DNA of 64,000 nucleotides from Sulfolobales archaeon (GTDB taxonomy: Archaea; Thermoproteota; Thermoprotei_A; Sulfolobales; NBVN01). The DNA lies in the NCBI GenBank assembly GCA_038841535.1, contig JAWBTQ010000001.1, forward strand, positions 160,001 to 224,000, written 5' to 3'. Under the pieces are notes generated by a model. It searched no databases. It had not been told where the DNA came from and saw only the letters and a list, made by a program, of their open reading frames with translations. A program made the translations under genes and the position numbers. Of this stretch, positions 29,034 to 40,448 are shown in pieces (the stretch's first letter is position 1; each line of letters begins with the position of its first letter).

Positions 29034-30395
29034 CTACTTACCTGCTAAAGTGATTTTAGGTACGTAGATAGCGGGAAGAGAGAATCTCCCGAATCTCTCG
29101 AGACTCCTTGAGACCCTAACCTCTGCTGGCTTCAGAACTTCATACACGTTGCCGGACAATACGACTCCCTTAACTGGGAACTTCTCTTCCCCACTCTCTA
29201 CATAAATGCCGTTTGTTATCGTGGCGTTAAGCAATCCGCTGACAGGGTTAGAAAGCCACTCTCCTATAGTCGCATAAACTATGACTCCTTTCTTAACGTC
29301 CTTGACTAGATTGCTTAAGTCACCACTTCCTGGTTCTACAAGCAGGTTCGATATCCAAGGCGTTGGAGTAGAGTATGGTACGTTCCTGAAAGCGTTACCC
29401 GTCGAGTTCTTGCCTTCCACAAGAGCTGTATACGTATCGTATAGAAATCCGCTCAGAACTCCTCTGTCGAATACTACTTTCCTCTTAGTTGGAACACCCT
29501 CATCGTCAAATCCCCTAGTCCCCGTGAGTCCGGGATATGTGCCGTCATCGATAAAGGTCAAGTTCTCGGAGAACACTTGAGAACCGAACTTCCCCTTAAG
29601 CGGTGATCTACCTTTCTGTACCGAGTCAGCACAGACGGCAGGTACAACGAGCGACTGAACAACCCCAGCAAAAACCTTGGGTATAAAGACTAATTCGTAA
29701 ACGCCTGTATCCACTCTTCTAGCACCAAGCGTTTTAACTGCTACTTCCGTTGCCTTACTGATGAGCTCGTCTGGGTTAAATCGAGCTAGAGTAGGCGCTA
29801 CGTACGCTTCATAGTAACCCGATTCCTCCCCAGCTTCTACGGCTTTAACACTAACGAACACGCTGGCCTCAGTAGCATCTTCCCGCTGGATCTCTCCGTA
29901 GTTATTACCTATGGCTCTCTCAACCGTGCTCAGATGGATACTGGCTGAACTCGTAAAAGCTCTCTTGTCTATCTCACCTGACTTCTTTAGGAGGAACTGG
30001 ACTATCTCTATAAAGTAATCGGTTTCCGGCTCCACGATTTTGGGGTCTAAAGTTTCCTCTACATGAGACTTACCCAATTCTCTAGATAAAGAGATCCACT
30101 GCGGATCTTCGGGGAGAGTTTTAGCTATTTTCACAGCGGTCTCTACTATTAAGTCTAAGTCTTCAACTCGTGAAATCATTCCTCCCTGTACGGACACTCT
30201 TTTACCGATAACCACTCTAACTCCAGCGTCTATTCTCTCCCCAGAAGATAGCCTTTCTATACCTCTAATAGTTCCAACGATGTCCGTTCCGACCCTCCTA
30301 ATAGCGTATACCTCTACCTCATCTGCTCCAAGCTTCGTACCGACCTTAATTCCTCGCTCCACAATATTCTCGATCATCTTATCCACCACCGACAA
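29034..30395 (-). CDS. TldD/PmbA family protein (PmbA/TldE subunit)
   Basis: FDDEG, GNAFR; lacks HExxxH. Confidence 0.9.
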   Translation of the reverse strand: MSVVDKMIENIVERGIKVGTKLGADEVEVYAIRRVGTDIVGTIRGIERLSSGERIDAGVRVVIGKRVSVQGGMISRVEDLDLIVETAVKIAKTLPEDPQWISLSRELGKSHVEETLDPKIVEPETDYFIEIVQFLLKKSGEIDKRAFTSSASIHLSTVERAIGNNYGEIQREDATEASVFVSVKAVEAGEESGYYEAYVAPTLARFNPDELISKATEVAVKTLGARRVDTGVYELVFIPKVFAGVVQSLVVPAVCADSVQKGRSPLKGKFGSQVFSENLTFIDDGTYPGLTGTRGFDDEGVPTKRKVVFDRGVLSGFLYDTYTALVEGKNSTGNAFRNVPYSTPTPWISNLLVEPGSGDLSNLVKDVKKGVIVYATIGEWLSNPVSGLLNATITNGIYVESGEEKFPVKGVVLSGNVYEVLKPAEVRVSRSLERFGRFSLPAIYVPKITLAGK

Positions 30396-31791
30396 CTATT
30401 CTTCTCGTCCGTATATGTGGTCCCCCATCCCCGACTCTAACTGTCTGACCACCCTTACCACACCCCCCGAAGACGCTGGTGGTTATCTTAAGGTCATTAG
30501 CTAAGGCATCAACTTCTTTTAGAGTTTCGAGAATGTTGCCGCTGACTACAACACCTCTTACGAGTTCCACAGGCTCTCCATTCCGTATTATGTAGGAAGG
30601 ACCTATGCTAAACGTAAATGTTCCTACAGACGGATTTACTTGACCTCCCATCGCACCTCTACCCCTTAGGTATATGCCGTGGGAAACCCCTTCGAATAGC
30701 TCTTCGACTTTCCAATCTCCAGGTTCAGCATAATAGTTAGTTTGTCTAACCAAAGTATCAAAGGATACGTCTTGAGCTCTCGCATTCCCGGTTGGCTTGA
30801 GGTTTAGCTCTTGAGAAGTATCTCGACTTGTGAGATACCCCTTAAGTATACCTTTTTCTACTATGACGGTCCTCATCTTTTGCACTCCCTCGTCATCGTA
30901 GGGTACAGGGTAACCGCCTTCAACTAACCCGGCATCTACTATTGTCATGAGCTCACTAGTAACTCTCTCACCAACCCTATTCTTAAGTATTGACGCTCCA
31001 GCTACCACTCCATCACCCTCACTAGCGTGTCCGAAAGCCTCATGCAGCAGGAGCCCTACTACCTCATTATCAACTACTGCTATATACGTCCCCGGCGACG
31101 GGGTCTTAGATTGTGAAGCTTTAACTGCTAGTTTATCTATTTCTTCGGCAAAAGCGTTCCAATCTCTTTTCTCGATATGCTCGTACCCACCGATATACGA
31201 TTCTCTATCACCTACCCTCTCTATGACCGCACCATACCTAGCAACAGCCATGTGGGCAAGACCTACACCCACTACATCGACCTCGACTACGGTACCTTCG
31301 CTAGTTACTATAACCCTTCTATCTCTCTCTAACCCAAGGCGGGTCACAGCCGATACTATTCCCGCACGCTTAATGCTGTTAGTATTCACATCTTTCACTA
31401 AGTCCGCCTTTAACTTAGGCTCAACTGTGTGGGGGTCTGTCTTAAACTCTACTCTATACTTATCCTTAACGGGGGCTGTTGGAGTAAACGATTTCTTACC
31501 GTACTGGCTTGCTACTTTAGTTAAAGTTATAGCTCTATCAACAGCTTTAAGAACGCTTTCACGATTTAAGGAAGTAACGTAAGCATAACCAGTACCTCCC
31601 TTAATCACCGCTCTAACTCCTAGACCAACTACCTTGCTAACAGTATAGCTCCTTAAAATCCCGGTATCATAGATTATAGTTTCATAAACCCTCTCTTGGA
31701 GTCTAATAATAGCATGCTCGGCCCCCCTCTTTAATACTTCTTCGAGAACCCAGTGAGCAGTATCTACATCAATCACTATTTTACTCACCAA
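30379..31791 (-). CDS. tldD: TldD metalloprotease
   Basis: HEAFGH, YDDEG, GNAR, CGKGGQ. Confidence 0.93.
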   Translation of the reverse strand: MVSKIVIDVDTAHWVLEEVLKRGAEHAIIRLQERVYETIIYDTGILRSYTVSKVVGLGVRAVIKGGTGYAYVTSLNRESVLKAVDRAITLTKVASQYGKKSFTPTAPVKDKYRVEFKTDPHTVEPKLKADLVKDVNTNSIKRAGIVSAVTRLGLERDRRVIVTSEGTVVEVDVVGVGLAHMAVARYGAVIERVGDRESYIGGYEHIEKRDWNAFAEEIDKLAVKASQSKTPSPGTYIAVVDNEVVGLLLHEAFGHASEGDGVVAGASILKNRVGERVTSELMTIVDAGLVEGGYPVPYDDEGVQKMRTVIVEKGILKGYLTSRDTSQELNLKPTGNARAQDVSFDTLVRQTNYYAEPGDWKVEELFEGVSHGIYLRGRGAMGGQVNPSVGTFTFSIGPSYIIRNGEPVELVRGVVVSGNILETLKEVDALANDLKITTSVFGGCGKGGQTVRVGDGGPHIRTRRIVVGGG

Positions 31792-32032
31792 CTTAATTAC
31801 AGATACACATAAAAATAATCTACTGATAATGTACTTCTCTTATAATTCCTCGCCAGCTCCTGCATGCGATTTCGAGTTCCGTGTGATTTTGTATGAGCTG
31901 ACCCCGCTAACTTCGTTTCTCACAGTCCCGCACCATATAGCGTGCCCTCAGCCTAACCATCACCTCGAAAACTTAAGGCATCTCCGTGATTAAGGTCAAT
32001 ATATGGACAGCACTACTCGCTACTATAACCCG

Positions 32033-33238
32033 TTAGATGCCCCTAATATGGGTTCTTATCTCGATCACGTCTCCATCTGAAAGAACGTGGTCTAAACCGA
32101 CCTTTTCTCCTGGATACTTAGCTGAGGGTCCCCAAATTCTTGCGTACTTAAAGTGTTTGAGGAAGTCTTCTCGTATGTGTCTAACAGCGTCCTCAATGGT
32201 GGAACCCTTTGGTATTACAAGGGGGTCTTTTGAGGGCTCCCTAGAGTTCGGCTCCTTAGTGTATATTCTAATTAACTCCAACACGTTGAAAACCGACTTG
32301 GGTACCAAGTCAACTCCTTGCTTTGTGACAGCTGATACCGGTATGATCTGGACATGGGGCGTTAGCACACTAAGTTCCCTTACCTGGCTCTTTACCTCAT
32401 CATAGCCCACTAGGTCTACCTTGTTTAGCAACACTACAGAAGGCTTGTAGACTACAGCTTCGAAGAGAGATTTCTCTACGTCATCTATAGAAACTTCACC
32501 ATAGATTTTAACAAGGGCGTTGTAAACTCTATATGACTCCAAGAGCTTTCTCACGTCGTCCTCGGTTCCATCGAGAATCTTTCCCATTCTCGCAAGCCTA
32601 ATGCCTGAATACGCCTTACTTCTCTCTATCTGAACTCTACCTCTAGGCTTTCTAAGCACTATACCGGCACCCTCCAATTCTTTCAGTATGCCTTTGTACT
32701 GCCCCACAGGGTCTGCTGAAGCGTCAAGAACGATAGTAAGAGCATCCGCGTTTCGAGCTAAACCGATTAGCCTGGCTCCCCAACTAACTTTTCCTGAAGT
32801 AGCTTCTGGTACAAAAGGAGGAGAGTCAACGAGCTGTATCTGAACGTCCTCAAATGGCATCATCCCCGGAACTGGGTACATGGTGGTGAAAGGCAAGCCT
32901 GTAACTTTAGACTTAGCGCTAGTCAAAGCATTGAATAGCGAGCTCTTACCCGACAGCGTGTGCCCGAGCAGAACGACTTGCGCTACCCCGTGTTTCTCGA
33001 TAAAGAATGATGGACCACCGCCCCTCTTGCGCCTGCTTTCCTCAAGTTCTTCCCTAAGCTCAGAGAGCTTCCTCCTGACCCAAGCAACTAAGTTCTCGGT
33101 GCCTTTATGCTTAGGAATGGAAGAAAGAAACTCTTCTAGAGCTCTTATCTTCTCTTCGGTAGTCCGAGCCTCAAGGTACCTAACCCACTTAGCTCTAGCT
33201 TCTGCTGGTAAGTTAGTAACCATAGTTCTAAGCTCCAC
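32033..33238 (-). CDS. DRG/OBG-family GTPase with TGS domain
   Basis: PKHKGTE, SGKSS, FTT, NKVD, C-terminal TGS domain. Confidence 0.93.
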   Translation of the reverse strand: MELRTMVTNLPAEARAKWVRYLEARTTEEKIRALEEFLSSIPKHKGTENLVAWVRRKLSELREELEESRRKRGGGPSFFIEKHGVAQVVLLGHTLSGKSSLFNALTSAKSKVTGLPFTTMYPVPGMMPFEDVQIQLVDSPPFVPEATSGKVSWGARLIGLARNADALTIVLDASADPVGQYKGILKELEGAGIVLRKPRGRVQIERSKAYSGIRLARMGKILDGTEDDVRKLLESYRVYNALVKIYGEVSIDDVEKSLFEAVVYKPSVVLLNKVDLVGYDEVKSQVRELSVLTPHVQIIPVSAVTKQGVDLVPKSVFNVLELIRIYTKEPNSREPSKDPLVIPKGSTIEDAVRHIREDFLKHFKYARIWGPSAKYPGEKVGLDHVLSDGDVIEIRTHIRGI

Positions 33239-34686
33239 TAGTACCTTCTAGAGTACCTCATTAATGTCCTAGCTTCCTCACCACACAGGGGACACTTTAA
33301 CCCGCTAATCTCAGACTCTTCGACTTTTAGAGGAGTTCCCAAAGCCTTCCCACCTACTCTTACCTCCAGCTCTGTAGCACAAGATACTCTACCACACCAA
33401 GGAAGCTCGACTATATTACCACTAGAAACAGCTTTTTCTGCTTCTTCTATCCTACTGGCTCTAATTATGCGACTAGTGAATCCCCGCAACGCCTCGGACT
33501 TAATGGCCTCATCGTACTCTCTACCTACTTTCTTAACACCTTCGGCAAGCTCACCAATACCCACTGAAATCCTAGACCTAGTGTCCCTTCTAACTATCGT
33601 TACACACTCTTCTTGTAGTTCCTTAGGCCCTATCTCTATTCTTATAGGAACCCCTCTTCTCTCCCAATAATAGAACTTGTCTCCAGGAGTCATGTCTTCT
33701 CTGTCATCTATAACTGACCTTAATCCTTCAGCACGGAGCCTTTCTGCGACTTTACCGCATAGCTCTACTATCTTTTTACGCACCTCCTCTGGTCCTGCCG
33801 GTATAGGCACCACCACGACCTGGATCGGGGCAAACTTGAAGAGCAGCCTGAGCCCGGTATTATCACCGTGAACTGATATTAGAGACGCTATAACCCTCTC
33901 AGAAATTCCGTAGCTAGTTTGCCAACCGAAGTCCATAGATCCATCGGGCATATGTACCCATACATTAAACGCTATCGTGAAAGACCTACCTAGGTTGTGA
34001 ACTGTTCCGATCTGTAGAGTCTTACCGTCAGGCATTAAGGTATCAAAGGCTATAGTATAGATAGCACCAGGGAATTTATCCCATTCAGGCCTCTTGGATA
34101 TAACGAAAGGTATTCCCAGCTCCCTAAAGAACGTGCTATACACCCCAACAGCTTCAATAACTTGTCTCTCTGAGTCTTCGTAAGTTGAATGAAGAGTGTG
34201 GGCTTCCTTAAATGTTGTAACCTCACGAACTCTTATCATCGCTCTAGTTGCTGCTGTCTCATACCTGAATATGCTCACTACTTGGTAGTACTTCTTTGGT
34301 AGCTGCTTGTAGCTCTTGATCCACATAGACTCCAAGTAAGATAGGGGAGTCTCGCTAGTCGGCCTCAGCGCCAACTTCACATCAAGTGGAGTAAGGCCCC
34401 CATGCGTAACCCAGTAAACTTGGTCTTCAAATCCTCGGACATGCTCGGATTCCTTAGCCAGTATGTTATCTGGTATGAGTATCGGGAGCAGTATTTCTTC
34501 ATGACCTGTAGAATCCAGTAAGTCCCTCATCAGCTCTATGACGTACCTCCTAATTTTGAAGCCGTATGGTAACCAGACGCCCATACCTTTAATTGGATAC
34601 CTTCCATAATCATAAATCTCGGCTTCACGCACTATCCAGTCAAACCATTCATCAAAATCTCGCCCGAGGTCTCTGTACACCCCCAT
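33238..34686 (-). CDS. proS: Proline--tRNA ligase
   Basis: LRPTSE, FRYE, KEAHT, anticodon domain, zinc-binding C-terminus ending in Y. Confidence 0.97.
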   Translation of the reverse strand: MGVYRDLGRDFDEWFDWIVREAEIYDYGRYPIKGMGVWLPYGFKIRRYVIELMRDLLDSTGHEEILLPILIPDNILAKESEHVRGFEDQVYWVTHGGLTPLDVKLALRPTSETPLSYLESMWIKSYKQLPKKYYQVVSIFRYETAATRAMIRVREVTTFKEAHTLHSTYEDSERQVIEAVGVYSTFFRELGIPFVISKRPEWDKFPGAIYTIAFDTLMPDGKTLQIGTVHNLGRSFTIAFNVWVHMPDGSMDFGWQTSYGISERVIASLISVHGDNTGLRLLFKFAPIQVVVVPIPAGPEEVRKKIVELCGKVAERLRAEGLRSVIDDREDMTPGDKFYYWERRGVPIRIEIGPKELQEECVTIVRRDTRSRISVGIGELAEGVKKVGREYDEAIKSEALRGFTSRIIRASRIEEAEKAVSSGNIVELPWCGRVSCATELEVRVGGKALGTPLKVEESEISGLKCPLCGEEARTLMRYSRRY

Positions 34687-34747
34687 TTAACTCCCTCAAC
34701 CAATATTTACCAGACAAAGTATAAAATACTCTTCTCAATGCATGCGA

Positions 34748-35005
34748 TTACCTAGCTTTCGAAGAGATCAAGGTAGTAGTCTTCATTATCTTAGGGTGCT
34801 TTCTTACCTGTGTAATCGCTCTGTCTAAAGAGCTTAAATCAATTGCTTCGAGAATTACGATTAAATCGTATTCACCATAAACTACGTCCGCATCAATTTT
34901 CATACCTGCTTCAGCTATTTTTACCAAGTCTTCCAAAACTTCATACTCGCTCCCTATTGTAGTCGTAATCAAAACGTACGCTCTGACACCCACACCTAAC
35001 ACCAC
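34748..35005 (-). CDS. Lrp/AsnC ligand-binding (RAM) domain protein
   Basis: RAYVLI, VYGEYDLIV, TTTLI. Confidence 0.88.
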   Translation of the reverse strand: MVLGVGVRAYVLITTTIGSEYEVLEDLVKIAEAGMKIDADVVYGEYDLIVILEAIDLSSLDRAITQVRKHPKIMKTTTLISSKAR

Positions 35006-35174
35006 ACAACGACGTTAAGTAAGTCCCTTTAAAAGTTTCTAAAAGCAGCATTGTCAGGTGGGCTATGCCGGTATAGCCGAACGACGTAGTTCAGCACAAG
35101 AAACGAACTACGCAATTCCCCTTTACGTAATTATTACGACTTAAAGAGTTAAATATGGTGGGAGAAATTAACGG

Positions 35175-36362
35175 ATGAAATCCGTCGCTATCGTAGGCGC
35201 TGGGATATCTGGACTTCTATCTGCGTACTATGCTGCGAAAGGACTTAAATGCTCGTACCTAAAGGTTTATGAAGCTAGGGATAGCGTTGGAAGACTCCAC
35301 TGCACGGGTCTCGTGTCCGCAGAAACTGCTAGTAGGATACCTTTTGCTAGAAAGCACATCTCACATGAGTATTCTGCGGTAAAGGTCGTTGTTCCCGAAC
35401 TTCGAGTTGAAGTCAACATAGCTTTTGAAGACCGCAGTTTTGTCAAAATAGATAGAGTAGAGCTAGAGAAAACCCTGTACCATGAGCTCCAATCTCTCGG
35501 AGTTGAAGCTTCTCTCGGCGACCCAGTTCACGCTGTAGTCGATCAGGCAGGTGAGTGGGTTGTCCACTCCAAGCGCTGTACTAGTAAGTACGATCTCCTA
35601 ATTCTAGCCTCAGGATATAACGTTAGGCTGGTCAAGTCTGCCGGACTGTCGTGTAAGGCAGACACACTATCGGGTGTGCAAGTAGAGTTAGAGACTGGAA
35701 GTAGACTACGTATTGATGAAGATGCCGTCTTAGTCTTACTGTCTAAGCACTTCGGTGAAGGATTCGCCTGGGCCGTTCCTACTGGAGATAGAACTCTAGT
35801 AGCTGGTTGCGCTACAGTACCTAAGGTGGTTGAGTCAGTTAAGTGCCTAAACCTATTGCTATCGGCAATCTCTAGAGTATGTGGAGGCGTCAAGCCTCTG
35901 TCCAAACCTTATGGAGGGGTTGTCCTTAGGGGGTACCCCATTAGGCCATACAGCAAGAGAGCCATGGGGGTAGGTGATTGTGTGTCGATGGTCAAGAGCC
36001 TGAGTGGTGGAGGTTTATACGCTATATCACTTGCTTCAAGATTCGTAGATGCGTTTATAGCGCAGAAGTCGGACCTCATGGAAGAAGTAGATATATTGAA
36101 AGCGGAACTTAGAAAGCACTACTTTTTAGCAAAAGCAGTTAAAACAGCGATTAGAGTAGCTGAAGCAGCCGGTATAGAGGGCTTGCGGGTAAATATCTGG
36201 AGTCGTGGAGTAAGCTATGACGACCACCTTGCGATTCTCTACGAGATCTTAAGTAACAAAAAATCTCTCCCCGCTCTCATGAAAAATAAATCTGTGACTC
36301 TGCACATCGTTCGTGCAGAAACCCGCATAAAGCGTTACATATCCAACGCCTCACCGCCCTAA
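35175..36362 (+). CDS. FAD-dependent oxidoreductase, geranylgeranyl reductase-like
   Basis: GAGISG, HCTG, FAWAVP, GD....VK.LSGGG. Confidence 0.85.
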   Translation: MKSVAIVGAGISGLLSAYYAAKGLKCSYLKVYEARDSVGRLHCTGLVSAETASRIPFARKHISHEYSAVKVVVPELRVEVNIAFEDRSFVKIDRVELEKTLYHELQSLGVEASLGDPVHAVVDQAGEWVVHSKRCTSKYDLLILASGYNVRLVKSAGLSCKADTLSGVQVELETGSRLRIDEDAVLVLLSKHFGEGFAWAVPTGDRTLVAGCATVPKVVESVKCLNLLLSAISRVCGGVKPLSKPYGGVVLRGYPIRPYSKRAMGVGDCVSMVKSLSGGGLYAISLASRFVDAFIAQKSDLMEEVDILKAELRKHYFLAKAVKTAIRVAEAAGIEGLRVNIWSRGVSYDDHLAILYEILSNKKSLPALMKNKSVTLHIVRAETRIKRYISNASPP

Positions 36363-36440
36363 CAAGAGATTAAGCTGTGCTTAAGCGTTTCTTAGGGCTA
36401 CCTGTTCTGCGCATACCGCATGAGCCAAGCTTTTATCGAA

Positions 36441-36875
36441 CTAGATGTCCAGCACGAACCTGAACATCCACTTACCGTCAGACTGGCTTATCTCCATTAG
36501 AGAGTAAGTAACGGCCTTTACTTCTGTTCTTGCCTCATGCTTTTCTGGATCGAAATAATCACCAAGGCATAGCGCTTTAAACGCGTACTCGTCGCCCTCT
36601 CTTGTAACATGTTCAACTCTAATCTGGCTGAAGACCAGATTCGACCTACCATACTCTATTAAGAGGTCTTCGAGCCACCTGTAGAGAGCGCTCTCTAAGT
36701 CGAAGCCTTTATCCTCTATAACTCGGGCCACTCTAGGCTCGACCTTACTGGTATCGGTCATTACTTCAAAGAGGGCCAATCCGGCTAACTCGAAAGCCCT
36801 CTCCAAGCTTTCACCGCATACCTCAATGTAGGCATCTGCTGTATGTTCTAGGAACTTAATGTAGTCGCAGTTCAT
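36441..36875 (-). CDS. Archease
   Basis: EHTAD and EVKAVTY motifs, C-terminal LDI. Confidence 0.95.
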   Translation of the reverse strand: MNCDYIKFLEHTADAYIEVCGESLERAFELAGLALFEVMTDTSKVEPRVARVIEDKGFDLESALYRWLEDLLIEYGRSNLVFSQIRVEHVTREGDEYAFKALCLGDYFDPEKHEARTEVKAVTYSLMEISQSDGKWMFRFVLDI

Positions 36876-36876
36876 T

Positions 36877-37635
36877 TTAACACACCTCCGAACAAACAGA
36901 GATAAACCTTTGGGCATCTTGAGCCATCGAAATGTTGTTGAACATTACGTATATCTCTCTGGAGCTAGTAGCAAATTCTCCCAATAAGCCGCAAAGAACT
37001 TTAAGGTCTATATCTGTATACTTGTAACTGTAGTTAACGTCTTTTCCACCGATCCCGTGAAGTCTGAAGTAGCTGATCTCCTTGACTACGGTGGGCTTGG
37101 ACCTGAAGGGATCCACTACGTGTATGAGGTTAGTCTGCGATTCTATGATTCTTCTAACTGATTGGGGATTATCTATCCACGTACCCCTAGGTTCCCACCC
37201 AACTACGACCCCTCTCTGTGTTGCGACTGAGAAGAAGTCTAGAGCGTTCCTGAAGTTCTCGTCGGAGAAGCCGAAGGACGGTGGAGTCTGAACTACTACG
37301 ACCTTAGCCTCTAGAGCTTTAGCTCTTTTCACAGTTTCCTCCCACAGCTCCACGTTCTCTCGTGTTGGCCTAAGAAGCCCTATACTACCTCTTAAGGTCT
37401 CACTAAGCTTCCTCTTAGCTCTCCTCCACGTTGGTGAATCGAGGTCGTGTGTAATTCCCTGGTAAGCTTTCATGTTGAACACGAAGCCCTGCGGGGACTC
37501 TCCACGAAGAATCCTCATCCTATCTTCTGAGGGTAAGTCGTAAAAGGTCTCTTGGATCTCCACCGTCTTAAACGTGGAGTAGTACTTGGACCTACTCAAG
37601 CAATAACCGCAGCATCCAACATACACTGTGTGCAT
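36877..37635 (-). CDS. DUF72 domain protein
   Basis: VGCCG, VEIQETFY, QTPPSF, WEPRG, YFRLHG, MFNN. Confidence 0.92.
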   Translation of the reverse strand: MHTVYVGCCGYCLSRSKYYSTFKTVEIQETFYDLPSEDRMRILRGESPQGFVFNMKAYQGITHDLDSPTWRRAKRKLSETLRGSIGLLRPTRENVELWEETVKRAKALEAKVVVVQTPPSFGFSDENFRNALDFFSVATQRGVVVGWEPRGTWIDNPQSVRRIIESQTNLIHVVDPFRSKPTVVKEISYFRLHGIGGKDVNYSYKYTDIDLKVLCGLLGEFATSSREIYVMFNNISMAQDAQRFISVCSEVC

Positions 37636-37805
37636 TCTACTAGACCGCGAGTGCAAAATATTAGTTAGAGATTTAACTTTTGTGTCGTAACTAAGAACAC
37701 CTAATGATTAGTTCAATCAGATAACACATATGGGTACCCGGTCTCATTTCGGTTCTAGAAACACTTAAAACCATGACTAGCTAGAGTCTTCTATGGGTAT
37801 TTCCA

Positions 37806-38813
37806 GTGAGGGTTTACGTAACAGCTCCAGGAAAAGTCACACTATTCGGTGAGCACGCTGTCGTTTATGGGCAACCAGCTATCGTGGCTTCCATAGATAA
37901 GAGAGTCCATGTTTTCGCTGAGCCTAGACCTGACGGCACTATCACTATTGAAGCTCGTGACCTTAGAGTCCCGGGTGTAATTGTTACTTATAAAGAGGGT
38001 GAAGTAACTGTTGAAACAGAGTATGGTCTAGTGCTACCGGCGATATCGTACCTTAATAAAGCCGTAGAATTAACCTCTAGGTATCTTGATAGTAGGCACG
38101 GCGTCAAACTCGTCGTTCGCTCTGAAATGCCTGTCGGGGCTGGTCTTGGAACATCAGCAGCCGTTGCTGTAGCAACAATAGCTGCTTATGCGTATAGCGG
38201 TGGTTACGAGCTCTCTAGAGATGAGATAGCTAGGCTGGGCTGGGAAGTCGAAAAAGCTGTTCAAGGAGTTGCGTCACCCATGGATACTTCGATAACTACC
38301 TACGGAGGGTTCATGAAGATAGAGTATAGTGGTGAAATAATAGAGCGGCAAAACTTAGGGGTGAATGGAGATCTTCCGATAGTTCTAGCTTACGTAGAAA
38401 GAGAATTCAAGACTAGAGACATGGTTTTAATGGTTCGTGACAAACTGTCGAAATACCCGCAACTCTATGGAAGAATAATCGAGTTGATAGGGGAAGTCAC
38501 TAGAGCGGCGGAAAAAGCGCTTGTGAGGCATGACTTACATGAATTAGGGCTCTTAATGAACTTAAACCACGGGCTTCTCGACTCTCTTGGAGTTTCTACT
38601 AGAAAGCTAAATGAAGTAGTGTACGCTGCTAGAAGTTCTGGAGCACTTGGTGCTAAGCTTACTGGTGCTGGTGGAGGCGGGTGCGTCATAGCCTTAAGCC
38701 AGTCGGAGAAACTAGAAACTGTTGAAACAATCATGAGGTTCTTGAGCGAGTTCACCATGAAGACTTCTCTCGGTTCCGAGGGAATAAAGGTGGAAATAGA
38801 AAAGAGTAGTTAA
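37806..38813 (+). CDS. mvk: Mevalonate kinase
   Basis: APGKVTLFGEHAVVYG, PVGAGLGTSAA, KLTGAGGGGC. Confidence 0.95.
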   Translation: MRVYVTAPGKVTLFGEHAVVYGQPAIVASIDKRVHVFAEPRPDGTITIEARDLRVPGVIVTYKEGEVTVETEYGLVLPAISYLNKAVELTSRYLDSRHGVKLVVRSEMPVGAGLGTSAAVAVATIAAYAYSGGYELSRDEIARLGWEVEKAVQGVASPMDTSITTYGGFMKIEYSGEIIERQNLGVNGDLPIVLAYVEREFKTRDMVLMVRDKLSKYPQLYGRIIELIGEVTRAAEKALVRHDLHELGLLMNLNHGLLDSLGVSTRKLNEVVYAARSSGALGAKLTGAGGGGCVIALSQSEKLETVETIMRFLSEFTMKTSLGSEGIKVEIEKSS

Positions 38814-38826
38814 AGGTAGTGTGATT

Positions 38827-39171
38827 TTATGTAGATGACCTATCTGCGTAGTTCCTTGTGTACCTAAGGGGTCTTAGCTTTTCTAACACTAGATCGTAAG
38901 CCAGTTCGGGTTTACTCTTCTCACCACACGTGTAAATATCTACAATGCCGTAGGAGTATCCCTTATACACATGAATAGCTAAGTGGGATTCTTCTACAAG
39001 TACTATAGCACCATATACCGTTGGTTTTTCGTAAGTCATGGCCTCGACTACGTGCATGTTAGCTACGTTGGCGGCGTCGAGAAGTATGTCCCTCAGTTCT
39101 TCCGGCGTACGCTCTCTAAACCCGTATATTTCCCCGAACACGTGCTTACCTACTATCCTATCTCCTTCCAT
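38827..39171 (-). CDS. Pyruvoyl-dependent SAM/arginine decarboxylase proenzyme
   Basis: GKHV, EESH self-cleavage site, DIYTCG. Substrate not resolvable by eye. Confidence 0.88.
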   Translation of the reverse strand: MEGDRIVGKHVFGEIYGFRERTPEELRDILLDAANVANMHVVEAMTYEKPTVYGAIVLVEESHLAIHVYKGYSYGIVDIYTCGEKSKPELAYDLVLEKLRPLRYTRNYADRSST

Positions 39172-39362
39172 CTTACTTTTTGTCCTCGAAATTTTTCTAA
39201 GTGGTAAGACTTAATAGCACTCTTAGTGCTACATAACACTAAAACGCGAACAATGTCCCTAGCATCAGTTACTCACAACATGAAATAAACAACGGATGAG
39301 CAGACCTAAAAGCTACGTTGTGCATAGATATCCTTAACCGCGGTGTTACGAATACCCGAAAT

Positions 39363-40421
39363 CTACTGCTCTATCCTCTCTACCAATCCGTAGGTATCCA
39401 CTGGGTACCTAAGTACGGCCACTATTCCACCGAACGCTTTAACCTTACTAAATACGTGCGTCTCCTCTGGAACTATCCTGACCTCACCTCCGCGGGACTC
39501 AACTTTCTCCATGATATCGTTGACTATCTCCATGTGCTCGCTATAAAGCATGTCCTCGTTTACGAGTAACTTTAGTATCGCACCTGAATTAGCAAGTGTT
39601 TTTAAAACATTTATTCCGTATGCTACTCTACTGCTTCCCGTGGAAAGGTGCCTCATAAATTCTTCAAATGTAGTCTCGATAATCAGGATATTGTGGGAGT
39701 GGAGTATGCTTTTAAAGGTGTCCCTCCTCATCAACTCACCAACACCCGGCTTTCCTCCAGTACTAACCGAGTCTGTAAAAACCGGTTTATCGAGTCTCCT
39801 GCTGAGAAGATCCGCTACGTAGTCCTTAAGAAACGCTGGAGAAGCCACAAGGACAATATCGGGGTTCTCACGCAGAGCAGCACTAACGATCACTTCTGAT
39901 ATTGCTTCAGCAAGCTCTTCAACTGCAGGACCCTCATCCCGTAAACCAGGGAGACTTCTTTCAGCAACGTACTTAATCCCCTGCTCTTGAACAATAGCCA
40001 CCGCCATCTCATCGAAATCGAATGCTGCGAGTAGAGCTTTTACTCTTCTTGCTGAAGCTTTTTTTAGTCTACTAATCTGCTCTTGAGACCACTTAGGTTT
40101 TACGATAGTCAGTTCAGACCCAGTGTCTATACTCAGCGTGTGGAATGAACCCTTCAAGCCGTATCCTTCAGGACCCTCTATTACTCTCCCATGTATTCTT
40201 AGTCTACTGCTAAAAGGCTGGAAGTACACGTTTTGAACTTTGATAGCTAGAACCATTGGTAGGCGCCTCTTACCCTCTCCATCTATTTTGACATCACGCA
40301 TCGTCTTCGCTATTACTACGTCCTCCTTAGAGATCAGGTTCTTCAAAACCCATAAATCATCCTCGCACTCCACCCGGACTTCGATGGCACCGTGCTTAAG
40401 GTCTTCTCTAATGATTTTCAA
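39363..40421 (-). CDS. pelA: mRNA surveillance protein Pelota
   Basis: EDDLWVL, RLRIHG, FHTL, VAYG, FGGIVAVLRY. Confidence 0.95.
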   Translation of the reverse strand: MKIIREDLKHGAIEVRVECEDDLWVLKNLISKEDVVIAKTMRDVKIDGEGKRRLPMVLAIKVQNVYFQPFSSRLRIHGRVIEGPEGYGLKGSFHTLSIDTGSELTIVKPKWSQEQISRLKKASARRVKALLAAFDFDEMAVAIVQEQGIKYVAERSLPGLRDEGPAVEELAEAISEVIVSAALRENPDIVLVASPAFLKDYVADLLSRRLDKPVFTDSVSTGGKPGVGELMRRDTFKSILHSHNILIIETTFEEFMRHLSTGSSRVAYGINVLKTLANSGAILKLLVNEDMLYSEHMEIVNDIMEKVESRGGEVRIVPEETHVFSKVKAFGGIVAVLRYPVDTYGLVERIEQ

Positions 40422-40448
40422 ACTCTCCTACCTCTACACTCTATTGTT

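Noticed and set aside
30947-31582. Long antisense ORFs (also 27050-27523, 46239-46748, 59636-60334 and others)
   Set aside because: They are shadows opposite well-supported genes and have Ser/Thr-rich antisense composition.
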